Shown: positions 42,272 to 52,362, numbered from the stretch's first letter. The stretch: 64,000 nucleotides of DNA from an uncultured Candidatus Rokubacteria bacterium (GCA_963708025.1 CAVPSB010000015.1:64001-128000), one strand, 5' to 3'. The notes: a model not told the origin generated them from the sequence alone. Numbers and translations: made by a program.

Positions 42272-43016
42272 GCGCACGGTGGTGAGCACGGTGGCTGGCT
42301 TGGCCGGACTGGCTGTGGTGGCCGGGCTCGTCGAGCTGGTCATCCGGCTGGGCTGGGTCTCGCCGCTGGTGGTGGCGCCGCCGGGGGCGCTGCCGGGCGC
42401 CTTCACCAAGCTCTGGGCCGAGGGCTACGTGCTGGCGCCGTTCTTTACCACGCTGGCCCAGGCCTTCGCCGCGACGCTGCTGGCCGCCCTGGTCGGCATC
42501 CCGTCCGGCTACCTCCTGTGGAAGCGGCCGGCGCTGGGCGTCGCCTACGAGCCCTGGCTGGGCGCCGCCTTTGCCGCCCCCATCATCCTGCTCTATCCGC
42601 TGTTCCTGGTGGTCATGGGGCGGGGCTACGTCACCACGGTGTTCGCCGGCTTCCTGGCGGCGGCGATCCCGGTGGTGCTCAAGACCCGCGAGGGGCTGCT
42701 CGGCGTGCCGCGGGTGCTGATCGACGTCGGTCGCAGCCTGCACGTCCCATCCCGCCAGCTCCTGACGCGGGTCATCCTGCCGGCGGCCGCGCCGACCGTG
42801 TTCACCGGGCTCCGCCTCGGCCTGATCTACGCGCTGGTGAACATCATCGGCATCGAGTACCTGATCGACTTCGGCGGCCTGGGGCGTGTGGTGTCGGAGA
42901 TGCACTACCGCTTCGAGATCCCCGCCATGTACGGGGCTATCTTACTCATCGTGGCGGTCAGCTCGATCTTCCTGCTCGCCCTCCGCCGGGTGGAGCGGTG
43001 GCTGAGACCACGCTGA
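42252..43016 (+). CDS. NitT/TauT ABC permease
   Basis: TM helices; PIILLYPLF, VILPAAAPTVFTGLRLG, GGLG; start uncertain. Confidence 0.88.
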   Translation: MGGPELRRTVVSTVAGLAGLAVVAGLVELVIRLGWVSPLVVAPPGALPGAFTKLWAEGYVLAPFFTTLAQAFAATLLAALVGIPSGYLLWKRPALGVAYEPWLGAAFAAPIILLYPLFLVVMGRGYVTTVFAGFLAAAIPVVLKTREGLLGVPRVLIDVGRSLHVPSRQLLTRVILPAAAPTVFTGLRLGLIYALVNIIGIEYLIDFGGLGRVVSEMHYRFEIPAMYGAILLIVAVSSIFLLALRRVERWLRPR

Positions 43017-43783
43017 CCCGGGCGGCGGGGGCGGTGGGCCGCGCGCGGTGGTTGGCGCCGAGCCGCGTGAGCGCGGCCACCCTGGCCGTGATCCTCGCCG
43101 CCTGGGAGGCGATGGCGCGCTCGGGCCTCCTGTACCAGGACGTGGTGCCGCCGCTGGAGAAGGTGGTGATCGCGTTCGGGCAACTGCTCGCCAGCGCCGA
43201 GACCTATCGCCATCTGGGCGTCACCGCCTGGGAAGTCGGCGCCGGCTTCACCCTCGGGCTCGCCGCCGGGCTCGCCTTCGGCGTCCTGATGGGCGCCCGG
43301 CGCCTCCTCGGCGAGGCGGCGACGCCCTACGTCGAGGGGCTGGCCACCGCGCCCAAGATCGTGTTCCTGCCGATCGCGATGCTGGCGCTCGGCGTGGGGA
43401 TCCAGTCGAAGATCGCGCTGGGGGCGCTGTCGGCGTTCTTCCCGGTGGTGCTCAACACCGCCGCCGGGATGCGCGAGATCCGGCCGGTGCTGATCCAGGT
43501 CGGCCGGAGCTTCGGCCTGTCGGCCTGGCAGATGGCGCGCCGCATCTACCTGCCGGCGCTGGCGCGCTCGGTGGTGATCAGCATGCGCCTCGGCCTCGGC
43601 GTGGCGGTGGTGGGCGTGGTGCTGGCCGAGATCAAGCTGGCCAACCGCGGGCTGGGCTTCCTGGCCATCGAGCACTACAGCCACTTCCGCATCCCGCAGA
43701 TGTACGCGGTGCTGCTGCTCGTCTTCGTGCTGGCGATCGCCGCCAACGGCCTGATCGGCCGCCTGCTGCCGAAGCACTACTAG
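42998..43783 (+). CDS. NitT/TauT ABC permease
   Basis: PKIVFLP, FFPVVLNT, IYLPA..SMRLG, GLG (3' part of ORF 41747..43783). Confidence 0.88.
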   Translation: MAETTLTRAAGAVGRARWLAPSRVSAATLAVILAAWEAMARSGLLYQDVVPPLEKVVIAFGQLLASAETYRHLGVTAWEVGAGFTLGLAAGLAFGVLMGARRLLGEAATPYVEGLATAPKIVFLPIAMLALGVGIQSKIALGALSAFFPVVLNTAAGMREIRPVLIQVGRSFGLSAWQMARRIYLPALARSVVISMRLGLGVAVVGVVLAEIKLANRGLGFLAIEHYSHFRIPQMYAVLLLVFVLAIAANGLIGRLLPKHY

Positions 43784-44421
43784 TCAGGCAGGGAGTGCAC
43801 CCTCGGCGTAGGGCTTCAGGGCGGCATACACGGCGAAGTTCAGCGGGGTCGGGATCCCCACCAGTCGCCCGAGTCGTACGGCGGTCCCATTCAGGGCTTC
43901 GAGCTCCAGGGGACGGCCGGCCAGCACGTCCTGGGACATGGAGCCGCGGGCGGACGGATCCAGGCCCGACACGAGTGCCCAGTGCCGGTCCACACAATCC
44001 TCGGGCAGGACGATCACTCCGGGCGCCACGCGCGTGGAGATGACGTAGCCACGCCACCGAGCACCGGCGCCGGACCGAGAATCCGGGCCAGGCGCTCGGC
44101 ACTGTCGATGCCGTTCTGCAAGGGAAGCACCATCGTGTGGGACCCGATGAGGGGGGAGAGCCGGGAGGCCGCCGCGTCGAGATCGTAGGTCTTCACGCAA
44201 GAGAGGACGAGATCCACCTCGCCGATCGAGGCGGGGTCGTCGGTGGCCGAGACCGCCCGCGTGAAATCGCCGGTGACACGAGACTGGACGGTGAGGCCGC
44301 GGGTACGGAGCGCCTCGAGGTGGGCTCCCCGCGCGATGAAGGTCACGTCTTCCCCCGCCTGTGCCAGCAACCCGCCGAAGGAGCTGCCCGCCCCCCCACT
44401 CCCCATGACGGCGATACGCAT
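43784..44421 (-). pseudogene. Ketopantoate reductase (PanE/ApbA) with frameshift (~44048) and large internal deletion (~44012)
   Basis: MRIAVMGSGGAGS, VKTYD, LQNG joined via APGVI directly to LPED…SMSQD..GRPLELEALNG; about 210 codons versus about 300 typical. Confidence 0.75.
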
Positions 44422-44507
44422 GCCTGTCCTCCTATCTCAGTCCTGCTTCTGGATCGTCATGGTGGACTATTCTGGCATGCGAGGATCAGCCTTCCGGGCG
44501 ATGTGGG

Positions 44508-45779
44508 TCACGGGCGGCGGTTGACGACGATGCGCCCCTCGCGCATCACGACGCGGATCCGGGCGTGGTCCTGGAGCACGCGCACGTCCCGGTCGGGCTC
44601 GCCGTCGACGACGATGAGATCCGCCAGCTTGCCCGGCTCGAGCGTGCCCAGGCGGTCCTCGGCGCCCAGCGCGGCGGCGGCGTTGCGGGTCGCGGTCAGG
44701 AGCGCCTGCTCGGGCGACAGGCCGCGCTCCACCATCAGCTCGAGCTCGTAGGCGTTCTGGCCCCAGTAGTCGCGGAGCGACCGGTAGGTGTCGGTGCCCA
44801 GCGCCATCCGGACGCCGGCCTCGCAGGCGCGCCGGAACCACTTGTCGCCCGTGGCCGCGACCTCCGCGTACTTGCGGACGACCTCGGGCGGCGCCTGCCC
44901 GGCGGCGCGGCCCCGCATCGCCCGCTCGGAGCGGATGGAGATGGTCGGCACCATGAACGCGCCGGTCTCGGCGAACAGGCGGAGGCACTCCTCGTCCAGC
45001 TCGGTGCCGTGCTCGATCGTGTCCACGCCGGCCCGGAGGGCCCGCCGGGTGGCCTCGGCCGTGTGGCTGTGGACGGCCACCCGCTTGCCCACCGCGTGCG
45101 CCTCGTCGACCAGGGCGGTCAGCTCCTCGGCGGTGTAGTTCCGCCACCACAGCTCTTCCTTGTGGCCGGCGGCGCCGCCGGAGGCGGAGGTCTTGAAGAG
45201 GTCGACCCCGAGCCGGATCTCGGCCCGGACCAGGCGCCGCACCGCCCAGGGTCCGTCGGCGTAGACCGATTCCTCGCGCGGCCAGGCGTCCGGGAGCGGC
45301 AGGTCGGAGTGGCCGCCGGTCTGCCCCACCCACCCGGCGACGAAGATGCGGGGGCCCGGGACCAGGCCGATCGCGATCGCCCGGCGAAGCGCCAGCACCT
45401 CGAGGTTGAGGGGGTTGATGGGGCCGGCCAGGTCGCGCACGGTCGTGAAGCCGGCCTCGAGCATCAGCCGGGCGTTCTTCGCGGCGTGGAGCGTGAGAAG
45501 CTGGGTCCGCGCGCTCACCTCGGCCCAGATGGCGTTCGGCTCGTCGGGGTCGAGGACACTGACCAGGTGGACGTGGAGGTCCATGAGACCGGGCATGACG
45601 GTGGCGCCGCTCGCGTCCAGCCGCGGACCGGTCCAGCCGGTCAGCTCGGCCACGGGCGCCACCCGCTCGATCCGGCCGCCCCGGACGACGAGCCCCGCGT
45701 CCCGTCGGGCGGGCGCGCCGGAGCCGTCCCAGAGGCGGCCGGCCAGGACCAGGAGTCCGTCGGGGTCGGGGGTGCTCAC
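44508..45779 (-). CDS. Metal-dependent amidohydrolase (Xaa-Pro dipeptidase-like)
   Basis: PGLMDLHVH, GFTTVRD, GGHSD, AVHSH, TIEHG, LGTD, GKLADL. Confidence 0.88.
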   Translation of the reverse strand: MSTPDPDGLLVLAGRLWDGSGAPARRDAGLVVRGGRIERVAPVAELTGWTGPRLDASGATVMPGLMDLHVHLVSVLDPDEPNAIWAEVSARTQLLTLHAAKNARLMLEAGFTTVRDLAGPINPLNLEVLALRRAIAIGLVPGPRIFVAGWVGQTGGHSDLPLPDAWPREESVYADGPWAVRRLVRAEIRLGVDLFKTSASGGAAGHKEELWWRNYTAEELTALVDEAHAVGKRVAVHSHTAEATRRALRAGVDTIEHGTELDEECLRLFAETGAFMVPTISIRSERAMRGRAAGQAPPEVVRKYAEVAATGDKWFRRACEAGVRMALGTDTYRSLRDYWGQNAYELELMVERGLSPEQALLTATRNAAAALGAEDRLGTLEPGKLADLIVVDGEPDRDVRVLQDHARIRVVMREGRIVVNRRP

Positions 45780-45946
45780 GGCTCGATAGCTTGCCCGAGG
45801 CGGGGGACGGGCCACAAGGGGCGCCCACGGCCTGCAGGAGTCCGCAGCCTCGGCGGCGCTTTGGTGGTACCGTGGTGGTCGGTGGTTAGCACCGCCCAAG
45901 CCCAAGCTCTCGAGTCCGCCCACGCCCCTGGCCGGAGGGGTCCGGC

Positions 45947-46903
45947 GTGAGGCGCCGGCGTCCGGGGGGACGGATGCCACCGCCCCACCGTGATCAACAC
46001 CGCGATCCCCACCGCGACCGGCCCCCGCAGCGGGCGCCCTCCCTCTTCGAGACGCTGACGGCGGTCCATGCTCACGAGCGGCTCCGTCTCGAGAACGACA
46101 GCGGCGACCTGTCCACACGGGTCATGGACCTCGTCACCCCCATCGGGAAGGGCCAGCGCGGCCTCATCGTGGCGCCGCCGCGGGCGGGCAAGACCGTCCT
46201 CCTCCAGCAGATCGCCAAGGCCGTCGCCGCGAATCACCCGGAGGTGAAGGTGATGATCCTCCTGGTGGACGAGCGGCCGGAGGAGGTGACCGACTTCCGC
46301 ATGACCCTCGGGCGGGCGGCGGAGATCTTCGCCTCGAGCAACGACAACTCGCCAGCGGACCACGTGCGGCTGACCGAGCAGGTGATCGAGAAGGCCAAGC
46401 GCATGGTCGAGCAGAAGCAGGACGTCCTGATCCTCTTCGACTCGCTCACCCGGATGACGCGCGCCTACAACAACCAGCTCTCCTCGCGCGGGCGGACGAT
46501 GTCCGGGGGCATCGACGCCCGGGCCTTCCTGGGGCCCCGGGCCTTCTTCGGGGCGGCCCGCGCCATCGACCAGGGCGGCTCGCTCACCATCATCGGCACC
46601 GTGCTGGTGGACACCGGCTCCCGCATGGACGACATCATCTTCGAGGAGTTCAAGGGGACGGGAAACCTGGAGCTCTACCTCTCGCGCGAGCTGGCCGATC
46701 GGCGCATCTTCCCGTCGTTCGACGTGGTGCGCTCCGGCACCCGCCGCGAGGAGCTGCTCTTTCCCGCCGACGAGCTCGAGCGGGTCCGCCGCCTCCGCCG
46801 CCTGCTCTCGGACATCAACCCCCGGGACGCGATGGAAGCCCTCCTGGACCGGCTCAAGCTCAGCAAGACCAACGCCGAGTTCCTGAAGGCCCTCGGCGGC
46901 TAA
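45947..46903 (+). CDS. rho: Short transcription termination factor Rho (ATPase domain only)
   Basis: PIGKGQRGLIVAPPRAGKT, DERPEEVTD, DSLTR, SGGID, EEFKGTGN, SGTRREELL; RBS GGAGGGG. Confidence 0.88.
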   Translation: MRRRRPGGRMPPPHRDQHRDPHRDRPPQRAPSLFETLTAVHAHERLRLENDSGDLSTRVMDLVTPIGKGQRGLIVAPPRAGKTVLLQQIAKAVAANHPEVKVMILLVDERPEEVTDFRMTLGRAAEIFASSNDNSPADHVRLTEQVIEKAKRMVEQKQDVLILFDSLTRMTRAYNNQLSSRGRTMSGGIDARAFLGPRAFFGAARAIDQGGSLTIIGTVLVDTGSRMDDIIFEEFKGTGNLELYLSRELADRRIFPSFDVVRSGTRREELLFPADELERVRRLRRLLSDINPRDAMEALLDRLKLSKTNAEFLKALGG

Positions 46904-46913
46904 CGCCGCCCCC

Positions 46914-47474
46914 TCACTCGACGTAGAGCTGCCCCACCACCGCGTGGCGGCCGTCGGCCGCCCGCCGCAGCACCACGAGCTCGCCCATCCGGATGCTGCG
47001 ACCGGTCAGGTCGGTGACGACAGAGCCGTGGGTGACCAGGACCAGGGGCGGCCCGGTCCGGTGGGCGGCGATCCGCTCCCTGATCTCCGCGACGAGGCGC
47101 CGCCGGCGCTCCGTGTCGTCGAGCGCGCCCTGCAGGACGTCCCAGGCCTCCACCTGGCCGAAGGCCAGGCGGGCCGTGTCCAGGCAGCGGCAGCGCGGGC
47201 TGGACAGGATCGCGCCGACCGTGATGCCGTTCCGCCGGAACGCCTCGCCGATCCGCGTGGCTTGCGCCCGGCCGCCCTCGTCCAGGTTGCGCTGGGTCGA
47301 GCAGTCGTCCAGCCTGGCGTCGGGGGGATCGAAGCCGCCGGGGGCGAAGCTGTGGCGCAGCACCACGACGGCGCCAGGCGTGCTCAAGGCCTGCCAGATC
47401 GAGTCGGAGGCCCGGGCGACCGACACCGTCCCGGTGCACAGCAGGACTACCGTCAACCATCGAAGTGGCGCCAT
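46914..47474 (-). CDS. Exported histidine phosphatase family protein
   Basis: Signal peptide; VLRHS, QRNL..GR.QA, SSPRCRCLDTA, LVTHG. Confidence 0.85.
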   Translation of the reverse strand: MAPLRWLTVVLLCTGTVSVARASDSIWQALSTPGAVVVLRHSFAPGGFDPPDARLDDCSTQRNLDEGGRAQATRIGEAFRRNGITVGAILSSPRCRCLDTARLAFGQVEAWDVLQGALDDTERRRRLVAEIRERIAAHRTGPPLVLVTHGSVVTDLTGRSIRMGELVVLRRAADGRHAVVGQLYVE

Positions 47475-47487
47475 GGCGAGATTTCCC

Positions 47488-48378
47488 TCAGCGGGCCGGC
47501 CGGGGGACCGGCCGGTCGGCGAGGAGGGGCGGGTCGCCCTCGAGGGTCGTCCGGTGCATCCGGCGGCGATGCCGGACGTCGTCGAACTCGGTGGCACAAT
47601 GCTGCGCGCACCGGTTGTCCCACAGGACCGCGTCGCCCACGCGCCACCGATGCCGATGGACGAACTCGGGGCGCGTGGCGAACTCCTGCAGGAAGCGGAC
47701 GAGGTCGCGCCCTTCGTCCTCGGGGAGTCCCTCCACCTCGCACGCCCACCGGCCGATGTAGAGCGCGGTCCAGCCCGAGCGGGGGTGACGGCGGGCGATC
47801 GGGTGCCACACGTCGGGGCGCTGCGCCTTCTGCTCCTCGGTCAGCGGCTCCATGTGGGGGTAGTGGACGTGGTGCAGCCGGACGCGGCTGAAGCAGGCCC
47901 GCCGGCCCATGACGAGCCGGCGGACGTCGGCGGGAAGCGCGGCGAAGGCGGCGTAGGTGTCGGCGAAGAGCGTGTCGCCGCCCTCCGGCGGGACCTCCAG
48001 GGCGTAGAGGAAGGACCCGGCGTTGGGGATGGTCTTGTCCTCGCCGTCCGAGTGCCAGCCCCAGCCGGCCCGCTTGAGCCCGACCGGCTTGCCGCCCTCC
48101 TCGACGTTCGAGACCACGAACACCTCGGGGTGGTCCGGGAGGTTGAACTCCAGGGGCTCCATGACGTGGAGCGCACCCAGCCGGCGGGTGAAGGCGACGT
48201 GCTGGGCCGGCGTCATCCGGACGTCGCGGAAGAGGAGGATGCTGTACCGCGTCCAGGCGTCCTCGATGGCGGCGACCGTCCCGTCGTCCAGGTCGCGGGC
48301 GAGGTCCACGCCGACGACCTCGGCGCCGAAGCTGTCGTGGATCGGCCGGGTCTCGAGCGGCATCGCCTTCACCTCCAT
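47488..48378 (-). CDS. TauD/TfdA family dioxygenase
   Basis: FGAEV.GVDL, WHSD, GGDTLFAD, HPIARRHP, WDNRCAQH, MHRTT. Confidence 0.92.
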   Translation of the reverse strand: MEVKAMPLETRPIHDSFGAEVVGVDLARDLDDGTVAAIEDAWTRYSILLFRDVRMTPAQHVAFTRRLGALHVMEPLEFNLPDHPEVFVVSNVEEGGKPVGLKRAGWGWHSDGEDKTIPNAGSFLYALEVPPEGGDTLFADTYAAFAALPADVRRLVMGRRACFSRVRLHHVHYPHMEPLTEEQKAQRPDVWHPIARRHPRSGWTALYIGRWACEVEGLPEDEGRDLVRFLQEFATRPEFVHRHRWRVGDAVLWDNRCAQHCATEFDDVRHRRRMHRTTLEGDPPLLADRPVPRPAR

Positions 48379-48454
48379 GGGGTGGGGCCTTTCATTCTTA
48401 TCGTTCTCGCGGTTGGGCCCGCCAGATTGTCAGAATGAAAGGCCTGACCCGCTC

Positions 48455-50014
48455 TCACGCCTCGGCCAGGCCGCCGTCGCCGCGGGGGTCGGAGGCGCCG
48501 GTGGCCCGCCCGGTCGCCGGGTCGACCGCGATCAGGCACACGCGCCCTCCGTACGAATCGTCCCGCAGCCGGAGCCCCCGGGCCTCGAGCGCGCCGCGCA
48601 CGTCGGGTGGGAGCGGGAAGAACGGCTCCACGCGGACGTCGGCGAGGTCGCCCTCGCAGTGGACCCGTGGGCTCGTGACGGCGGCGGCCGGCGAGCGCCC
48701 GAAGTCGACCAGCTCGGCCAGGACGTGCCCCATGGCGCTGATCTTCCGGCCCCCGTGGGGCGAGCCGAGGACGTAGCGGACCCGGCCGCGCTCGAGGACG
48801 ATCGTCGGCCCGCCGCCGTAGACCGGCCGCTTGCCCGGGGCGATCGAGTTGGCCCGGCCCGGCCGCGGATCGAAGGCCATCATGTTGTTGTTCAGCACGA
48901 ACCCGAGTCCCGGCGTCACCACGCCCGAGCCCGTTCCCACCGAGTGCGTGAAGGAGACCGCGGAGCCGTCGCCGTCGAGCGTGGAGACCTGGGTGGTGCC
49001 GGCCAGCGGCGCGACCGCTCGCTCGGCCTCGATCCGGGCGCGGAGGCCGGCGGCGTGCGCGGGGTCCACCATCCGCGCCGGCAGGTCGGCGGCGGCGGGG
49101 TCGGTCATGTAGCGGGCCCGATCGCGGAAGACCCCGGCCAGGGCCCGGGCCATCAGCTCGTGGTAGGCGGCCGAGCCGGCGCCGAGCGCCGCGACGTCGT
49201 AACCCTCCAGCACGTTCAGCAGCTCGACGAGCAGGATGCCGATGTGCGGGGCGGGGTCGGTCGAGACGGTGAGGCCCCGGTACGCGCCGTAGAGGGGCGG
49301 GCCGACCAGGCACCGGCAGTCGGCCAGATCCTCGGCGGTGACCGGCGCCCCGTGGGCTTCCAGGTCGCGGGCGAGCCGCCGACCGATCGCCCCCGTGTAG
49401 AAGGCGTCGGGACCATCGTCCGCGAGGACCCGGAGCGTCCGCGCCAGGTCAGGCTGGACGATCCGCTCGCCGATGGCGGGGACACGCCCGTCGCGCGTGA
49501 AGATCGCGGCACAGGCCGCGGTGGTGGTGAGCATCTCGTGGCCGTCGAAGCGGTCGGCCGTCTGCTGAATCGGATCCTCGGCGCGCCAGTACTGGTGCAT
49601 GTAGGGGTAGACGGGGAAGCCGTCCTCGGCGAAGCGGATCGCCGGCTCGAGGAGGGCCGGCCACGACACGCGACCGCTGCCGAGCCGCTCGAACGCGGTG
49701 TGGGTCCCGCGCACGAAGGTTGGCACCAGAACCGACGCGTAGCCCCGCACGTGGGAGCCGGCGGGCGCCCGCTCGTACATGTCGGCCGCCGCCCGGCTGC
49801 CCGCGTACCCCATGAAGTCGACGAGCAGGTGGCGGCCGGTGGGGGCGTGGAAGACGTTCATGATGCCGTTGCCGGCGATCGTGGTCATGGCGGGGGAGAC
49901 CACCGCCTGGGTGAAGGCGGTGGCCACGGCCGCGTCGACGGCCGAGCCGCCGAGACGGAAGACCTGGGCGCCCGCCAGCGCGGCCAGCGGCTCCGGACAG
50001 ACGACGAGGCTCAC
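48455..50014 (-). CDS. Gamma-glutamyltransferase family protein
   Basis: GGSAVDAAVA, GPDAFYTG, autocleavage TTQVS, GFVLNN.M, PGKRP, GASDPR. Confidence 0.9.
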   Translation of the reverse strand: MSLVVCPEPLAALAGAQVFRLGGSAVDAAVATAFTQAVVSPAMTTIAGNGIMNVFHAPTGRHLLVDFMGYAGSRAAADMYERAPAGSHVRGYASVLVPTFVRGTHTAFERLGSGRVSWPALLEPAIRFAEDGFPVYPYMHQYWRAEDPIQQTADRFDGHEMLTTTAACAAIFTRDGRVPAIGERIVQPDLARTLRVLADDGPDAFYTGAIGRRLARDLEAHGAPVTAEDLADCRCLVGPPLYGAYRGLTVSTDPAPHIGILLVELLNVLEGYDVAALGAGSAAYHELMARALAGVFRDRARYMTDPAAADLPARMVDPAHAAGLRARIEAERAVAPLAGTTQVSTLDGDGSAVSFTHSVGTGSGVVTPGLGFVLNNNMMAFDPRPGRANSIAPGKRPVYGGGPTIVLERGRVRYVLGSPHGGRKISAMGHVLAELVDFGRSPAAAVTSPRVHCEGDLADVRVEPFFPLPPDVRGALEARGLRLRDDSYGGRVCLIAVDPATGRATGASDPRGDGGLAEA

Positions 50015-50077
50015 GCGCCGCCCACCTCGGCGGGAGCTTCCGGAGTCGCAGCGAGGCGCCCCATCGTCGGCGTCCCC

Positions 50078-50584
50078 CTACGCGAAGGGCTGGCCGTAGC
50101 GCTCCCCATGGGCGACGGCGCCCAGGGACTTTCGCTGCTTCTTGCCTCGTCCCACGACCCCGACCGGGTAGCCGAACGGCAGGATCGCCAGCAGTTCGAG
50201 CTGGGCCGGGATCGCGAGAAGCGCCTTGACTTCCGCCAGCCCCCCGAAGCCGACCCAGTTCGAGCCCACCCCGTCGGCCCACGCGGCCAGCAGCATCGAC
50301 TGGATCGCGCGGCTCGCGTCGGACACGGCGAACGGGGTCTTGTCCACCGCGACCACGATCGCCAGCGGCGCCTGGGCGACGTAGGGCCCGGTCCCGGCCA
50401 GGGCGCCGAGCCGGCGCAGGGTCTCCCGATCCTGGACCACGACGAAGTGCCAGGGCTGCAGGTTCTTCGCGCTGCCCGTCAGGCGCCCGGCCTCGACGAT
50501 CCGGCGGACCGTCGCCTCCGGCACGGGCTTGTCCTGGTAGCGCCGGATCGCCAGCATCGTCCTGATCGCCTCGAAGACGTCCAT
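50078..50584 (-). CDS. Nitroreductase family protein
   Basis: AIRT…IRRY, SAKNLQPWHF, AAWADGVGSNW, PFGYP. Confidence 0.9.
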   Translation of the reverse strand: MDVFEAIRTMLAIRRYQDKPVPEATVRRIVEAGRLTGSAKNLQPWHFVVVQDRETLRRLGALAGTGPYVAQAPLAIVVAVDKTPFAVSDASRAIQSMLLAAWADGVGSNWVGFGGLAEVKALLAIPAQLELLAILPFGYPVGVVGRGKKQRKSLGAVAHGERYGQPFA

Positions 50585-50703
50585 CACGAATCCCTTTCCT
50601 CGCGTCGCGCGACCGCGGTTCTGTCCGTCACGAGTGTACGGCCTCCGAAGGCCGACGGCCAGGCACCGCTCCTCGCGACCGGCTCCCGGCCGACCGGCGC
50701 GGC

Positions 50704-50732
50704 TTGACACCCCGGGGGCCGCGCGGTATCAA
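50704..50732 (+). promoter_or_regulatory. Putative sigma70 promoter of the peptide-type ABC operon
   Basis: TTGACA 50704-50709, 17-bp spacer, TATCAA 50727-50732, about 50 bp upstream of RBS GGGAGG. Confidence 0.55.
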
Positions 50733-50783
50733 GGGCAGGCATCGAGCCCTCAACCCATCGCTCGCTCGCAGCGGGAGGACATC

Positions 50784-52307
50784 ATGCGGCTCCTGATCGT
50801 GTGCGCGCTCGTGGTCGCCGTCGGACTCGGAGGGGCGCCGGCCTGGGCTCAGGCGCCCGGGTCGCAGATCACGGTGGCGCAGCTCTACAACCCGGAGGAC
50901 ATGAGCCCCTGGAACTACACGGCGGTCGCCACCGTGGACATCTGGGCGCACTTCATGGAGCCCCTCACGGTCTTCGACCGCCAGGGGAACCTCCAGGGGG
51001 TGGTGGCCGAGAGCTGGCAGGTGGTCTCGCCCACCGAGTGGATCGTGAAGATCCGCCACGGCCTGCGCTTCCACGACCCGAAGTACGGGGAGCTGACCGC
51101 CGAGGACGTCAAGTTCACGCTCGACCGGGCGGTGCAGCAGGGCGAGGTCATCCGACGGCTCCTCCCGAAGCCGGTGCAGGAGGGCTCGGTCGAGGTCGTC
51201 GACAAGCACACCATCCGCTGGAAGCTGGGGGCGCCGGGCACCGGCAGCCTGCCCAACTACATGTCGCTGGTCCACATCACCTCGAAGGCGTACGTCGAGG
51301 GCGAGGGCAAGGACACGTTCAAGCGGCGACCGATGGGGACCGGGCCCTACCGGTTCGTCGAGTGGCTCACGAACCAGCGGGTCGTCGGCGAGGCGTTCCC
51401 CGGCTACTGGGGCCCCAAGCCGGGCTTCGGGCGCGTCGTGTGGCGGATCCTGCCCGACGCGCTGACCGCCAAGAACGCGCTCCTGGCCGGGGAGGTCGAC
51501 CTCTTCCAGTTCGTCCCGCCGGAGGCGATCCCCGAGGTCCAGCGGAACCCGAAGACGCGGGTGGTGGAGGTGCTGAGCGCCCGCATGCTGTTCATGGTCA
51601 TCAACGCGACCGAGCCGCCGCTCGACAACAAGCTCGTGCGCCAGGCGCTGAACCACGCCGTCGACCGGAAGACGCTGGTGGAGCAGCTCTATCGCGGCCG
51701 GGCGGTGGCGCTGCGGGCGCCGATGCAGGAGACGATCCCCGAGCTGAACCGGAGCCTGGCCGGGTACGCCTACGACCCGCAGAAGGCGAAGGACCTCCTC
51801 AAGCAGGCCGGCTACCAGGGGCAGCCCGTCAAGGTGAACGCCCCGATCGGGCGCTACACGCTCGACAAGGAGCTGGGCGAGGCGGTCGCCGGGATGCTGG
51901 AGAAGGTGGGCGCCAATGTGGAGTTCAAGGCGTCGGAGTGGGGCGGCTACGCCCAGCCGCTGTTCCAGGGCAAGGCGTCCGGCGCGAGCCTGGTCGGCAT
52001 GGGCAACACGGTGTTCCTGCCCGACTGGGTGTTCACGCTCTGGCTCCTGCCCGGCGGCCAGGGCGAGGTCTACACGAAAGGCCGGCCGGCCAACTGGGAG
52101 GGTGACGTCGCCCGGCTGGCGCTCATGGCCCGCGGCAACCGGGAGCGGCAGCCGCTGCTCGACAGGCTCCAGGCCGAGGCCCTCGACTTCGCGCCCTGGA
52201 TCCTCCTGGTCAACCTGAAGGACGTGTACGCGCTGAGCGACCGGGTCGTCTGGGAGCCGTACGCGAACGAGATGCGGAACCTGAAGGACGCCAAGCCGCG
52301 CAACTAG
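50784..52307 (+). CDS. ABC transporter substrate-binding protein, family 5 (Opp/Dpp/Nik)
   Basis: Signal peptide; LTAEDVKFT, PMGTGPY, VRQALNHAVDR, YDPQKAKDLL. Confidence 0.92.
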   Translation: MRLLIVCALVVAVGLGGAPAWAQAPGSQITVAQLYNPEDMSPWNYTAVATVDIWAHFMEPLTVFDRQGNLQGVVAESWQVVSPTEWIVKIRHGLRFHDPKYGELTAEDVKFTLDRAVQQGEVIRRLLPKPVQEGSVEVVDKHTIRWKLGAPGTGSLPNYMSLVHITSKAYVEGEGKDTFKRRPMGTGPYRFVEWLTNQRVVGEAFPGYWGPKPGFGRVVWRILPDALTAKNALLAGEVDLFQFVPPEAIPEVQRNPKTRVVEVLSARMLFMVINATEPPLDNKLVRQALNHAVDRKTLVEQLYRGRAVALRAPMQETIPELNRSLAGYAYDPQKAKDLLKQAGYQGQPVKVNAPIGRYTLDKELGEAVAGMLEKVGANVEFKASEWGGYAQPLFQGKASGASLVGMGNTVFLPDWVFTLWLLPGGQGEVYTKGRPANWEGDVARLALMARGNRERQPLLDRLQAEALDFAPWILLVNLKDVYALSDRVVWEPYANEMRNLKDAKPRN

Positions 52308-52362
52308 GCGCGCGCCCGCACGCCAGCCCCGGCGGCGCGGCCGCGCGCCAAGCGCGGAGCCG

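Noticed and set aside
48023-50707. Very long antisense or alternate-frame ORFs (e.g. 48023..50707, 57571..60216, 25028..27691, 7572..9653)
   Set aside because: Shadow ORFs from high GC content: Arg/Pro/Gly-rich with no motifs, overlapping well-supported genes
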